Assembly (NCBI GenBank): GCA_963718025.1
Contig: CAVQXW010000004.1
Coordinates: 249,523 to 313,522, forward strand
Source of the DNA: an uncultured beta proteobacterium
GTDB taxonomy: Bacteria > Pseudomonadota > Gammaproteobacteria > Burkholderiales > Casimicrobiaceae
Reading direction: 5' to 3'
DNA: 64,000 nucleotides
Shown here: one piece after another, positions 61,855 to 64,000 of the stretch
Position numbering within the stretch: position 1 is the stretch's first letter
Layout: each line of letters starts with the position of its first letter
Made by a program: the position numbers and the translations under genes
The notes under the pieces: generated by a model
Told to the model about the DNA's origin: nothing
What the model saw: only the letters and a program-made list of their open reading frames with translations
Database searches by the model: none

Positions 61855-62795
61855 GCGGGCTCGCCGTGGTCGCCCTCGGTGGAAATGCGCTTGTGCGCGA
61901 CGCGCAGCACCAGTCGATTGCCGACCAGTACGAGACCGTGCAGTCGGTCGCGCCGTATCTTGTCGACTTGGTGGACGAGGGCTGGAACCTCGTCGTCACC
62001 CACGGCAACGGACCGCAGGTCGGATTCATCATGCGCCGCTCGGAGCTGGCCATCGCCGAAGTCGCCCCCGTACCGCTGGACTACGTGGTCGGCGACACGC
62101 AGGGCGCGATCGGTTATATGTTCCTCAAGGCGCTCGGTAACGAGTTACGCCGCCGCGGTCGCGACCGGCAGGTCGTGGCGGTGGTGACGCAGACTGTGGT
62201 CGCTGCGGACGACCCAGCATTCGCCCATCCGGCCAAGCCCGTTGGCGCGTTCATGGACGAAGCCGTGGCGCGTCGCTTCAAGGCCGAACTTGGCTGGACC
62301 ATCACCGAGGATGCAGGGCGCGGCTGGCGGCGCACGGTGGCGTCGCCGCTGCCGCGGGAGATCGTCGAGCTGCCGACGATCGCCGCGCTTTGCCGCCAGG
62401 GCACGATCGTCGTCGCCGTCGGCGGCGGCGGGGTGCCGGTCGTGCGCGCGGCCGACGGCAGCCTGGTCGGTGTCGAGGCGGTGGTCGACAAGGACCTCGC
62501 CTCGGCGCTGCTGGCGGCGCAGCTCGGCGCCGACCTGCTGGTCATTCCGACAGGCGTCGACAAGGTGGCTCTGAACTTCGGCCAGCCCAACCAACGCTGG
62601 CTCGACTCGCTCACGGTCGTCGAAGCCCGGGCCATGGCCGAGGCGGGCCAGTTCGGCGAAGGCAGCATGCGTCCGAAGGTCGACGCGGTGGCGAGCTTCG
62701 TCGCGCGCCGACCCGGCGGCGCCGGGGTCATCACCTCGCCCGAGAAGCTGCGCGATGCGCTGCGGCGGCAAACCGGCACGTGGATCGAAGGCTGA
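61851..62795 (+). CDS. arcC: carbamate kinase
   Basis: ALGGNAL, THGNGPQVG, EAVVDKD, GSMRPKV; GTG start overlapping the upstream stop. Confidence 0.93.
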   Translation: MSGLAVVALGGNALVRDAQHQSIADQYETVQSVAPYLVDLVDEGWNLVVTHGNGPQVGFIMRRSELAIAEVAPVPLDYVVGDTQGAIGYMFLKALGNELRRRGRDRQVVAVVTQTVVAADDPAFAHPAKPVGAFMDEAVARRFKAELGWTITEDAGRGWRRTVASPLPREIVELPTIAALCRQGTIVVAVGGGGVPVVRAADGSLVGVEAVVDKDLASALLAAQLGADLLVIPTGVDKVALNFGQPNQRWLDSLTVVEARAMAEAGQFGEGSMRPKVDAVASFVARRPGGAGVITSPEKLRDALRRQTGTWIEG

Positions 62796-62815
62796 CTTCC
62801 GCGCTGGGAGAAGAC

Positions 62816-63214
62816 ATGGAGAACACCTTGCTCGCCGTCAACGGCACGCTGATGCGCGGCCTCGAACTCAATCCCAACATGCTTGCCGTCGGTGCGACGT
62901 TCGTGCGCGAGGATCACACCGACGCGTGTTACCGGATCTGGACGATCGGCGATCGCCACCCGGCCATGCTGCGCACGCCGGGCGAAGGCGCGCGCGTGGC
63001 GCTGGAGCTGTGGTCGGTCCCCTCTGCAGGGCTCGCGACCATACTGCAGAACGAGCCGCTGGGATTGTCGATTGGCAAGGTCGTGCTCGCGGACGGGTCG
63101 ATCGTCCTCGGCGTTCTGGGCGAGCCCTTCCTGTGCCGGAATCAGCGCGAGATCACCGAGTTCGGCGGCTGGCGCGCCTACATTGCCGCGAAATCGAATG
63201 CCGCCGGCGCTTGA
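62816..63214 (+). CDS. stand-alone allophanate hydrolase C-terminal (GGCT-like) domain protein
   Basis: LAVNGTLMRGLELN, ELW, EPLGLSIGKVVLADG, EITEFGGWRAY. Confidence 0.8.
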   Translation: MENTLLAVNGTLMRGLELNPNMLAVGATFVREDHTDACYRIWTIGDRHPAMLRTPGEGARVALELWSVPSAGLATILQNEPLGLSIGKVVLADGSIVLGVLGEPFLCRNQREITEFGGWRAYIAAKSNAAGA

Positions 63215-63340
63215 CGGGCCCCGGCCGATTGCGCAACTGCATGACCGGTTCCGCCTCGGCAACGGCAGCGCAGGCGGCGCCGGAGTGGTTAGCTGGGCGA
63301 TGAGGTTCAGGTTCGCAACCCAACCAACGAGGAGATTCTC

Positions 63341-64000
63341 ATGAATGGTGCCACCAACGCTGGTGCGCCGCGGCTCTGGGTGCCGGGCGACTGGAATGGC
63401 TTCTTCGGCCTGTTCACGAACGTGCTGCTCAACGTGATCGTGCTCACCGGCCTGTGCCTGGGGGTCGTTCAGATCCCGGCCGACACGGTCTTCGGCCGCA
63501 TCCTGCCGGCCCTTGGCATCGCGCTGCCCCTTGGCAACCTGTTCTACGCCTATCTCGCTTGGCAACTGAGCAAGGCCGAGGGTCGCAGCGATGTCACCGC
63601 GATGCCGTACGGGCCCAGCGTGCCGCACATGTTCATCGTCGTCTTCCTGGTCATGTTGCCGACCTACCTGACGACGAAGGACCCGATGCTGGCCTGGAAG
63701 GCGGGGCTCGCCTGGTGCTTCATCATCGGAGTCATCGTGCTGCTCGGCGCATTCGTCGGACCGGCCATCCGGGCCGTGACGCCCCGCGCCGCCATGTTGG
63801 GCACGCTGGCCGGAATATCGATCGCCTTCATATCGATGCGGCCAGCATTCCAGATGTGGGAGACGCCGTGGATCGGGCTGGTCTGCTTCGCGATCGTGCT
63901 CATCGCCTGGACCGCCAACCTGCGCATGCCGGGTGGTCTGCCGGGCGGTCTGGCCGCGGTGATCGTCGGCTCGGTGATCGGCTGGGTCGTCTCGCTGATC
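63341..64000 (+). CDS. xanthine/uracil/vitamin C permease-like transporter (3' partial)
   Basis: open frame from ATG 63341: WVPGDWNGFFGLFTNVLLN...TAMPYGPSVPHMF...AMLGTLAGI; runs off the window. Confidence 0.8.
   Translation, partial: MNGATNAGAPRLWVPGDWNGFFGLFTNVLLNVIVLTGLCLGVVQIPADTVFGRILPALGIALPLGNLFYAYLAWQLSKAEGRSDVTAMPYGPSVPHMFIVVFLVMLPTYLTTKDPMLAWKAGLAWCFIIGVIVLLGAFVGPAIRAVTPRAAMLGTLAGISIAFISMRPAFQMWETPWIGLVCFAIVLIAWTANLRMPGGLPGGLAAVIVGSVIGWVVSLI

Noticed and set aside
27301-64000. attR copy of the tRNA-Arg 3' end
   Set aside because: Not found by eye, so the island's right boundary is left undefined

Overview
GC-rich betaproteobacterial chromosome segment in four parts. (1) Core genes, 1-8.1 kb: yceD-rpmF-plsX-fabHDG-acpP-fabF-lysC and tRNA-Ser(GCT). 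(2) 8-27 kb: small accessory genes, then a Ser/Thr phosphorylation module (two TagH-like proteins, a PP2C phosphatase, a Hanks kinase with a membrane sensor and HAMP domain) linked to LysM/TPR lipoproteins, a polysaccharide deacetylase and a SulP-STAS-cNMP transporter. No T6SS structural genes occur in the window. (3) A mosaic island starting at tRNA-Arg(ACG), 27.2 kb to about 57 kb. It holds a truncated tyrosine integrase, a LysR operon broken by an IS21 with a 7-bp target duplication, an unclassified DDE IS, and single genes separated by a family of short palindromic GGGTCG/CGGCCA repeats. It also holds an aioBA/aioXSR plus arsR-arsI-arsC-acr3-mobB arsenic locus lying between two identical 137-bp direct repeats, an integron-integrase remnant abutting an rve-type IS, and a MarR/cytochrome P460-family pair. 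(4) From 57.3 kb: an operon for ureide/amide catabolism (TrtA/BiuH-family hydrolase, DUF2877, FdrA, DUF1116, carbamate kinase, AtzF-C-like protein, permease), cut by the window end. All calls come from reading the sequence and recalling family motifs; no database searches were run.
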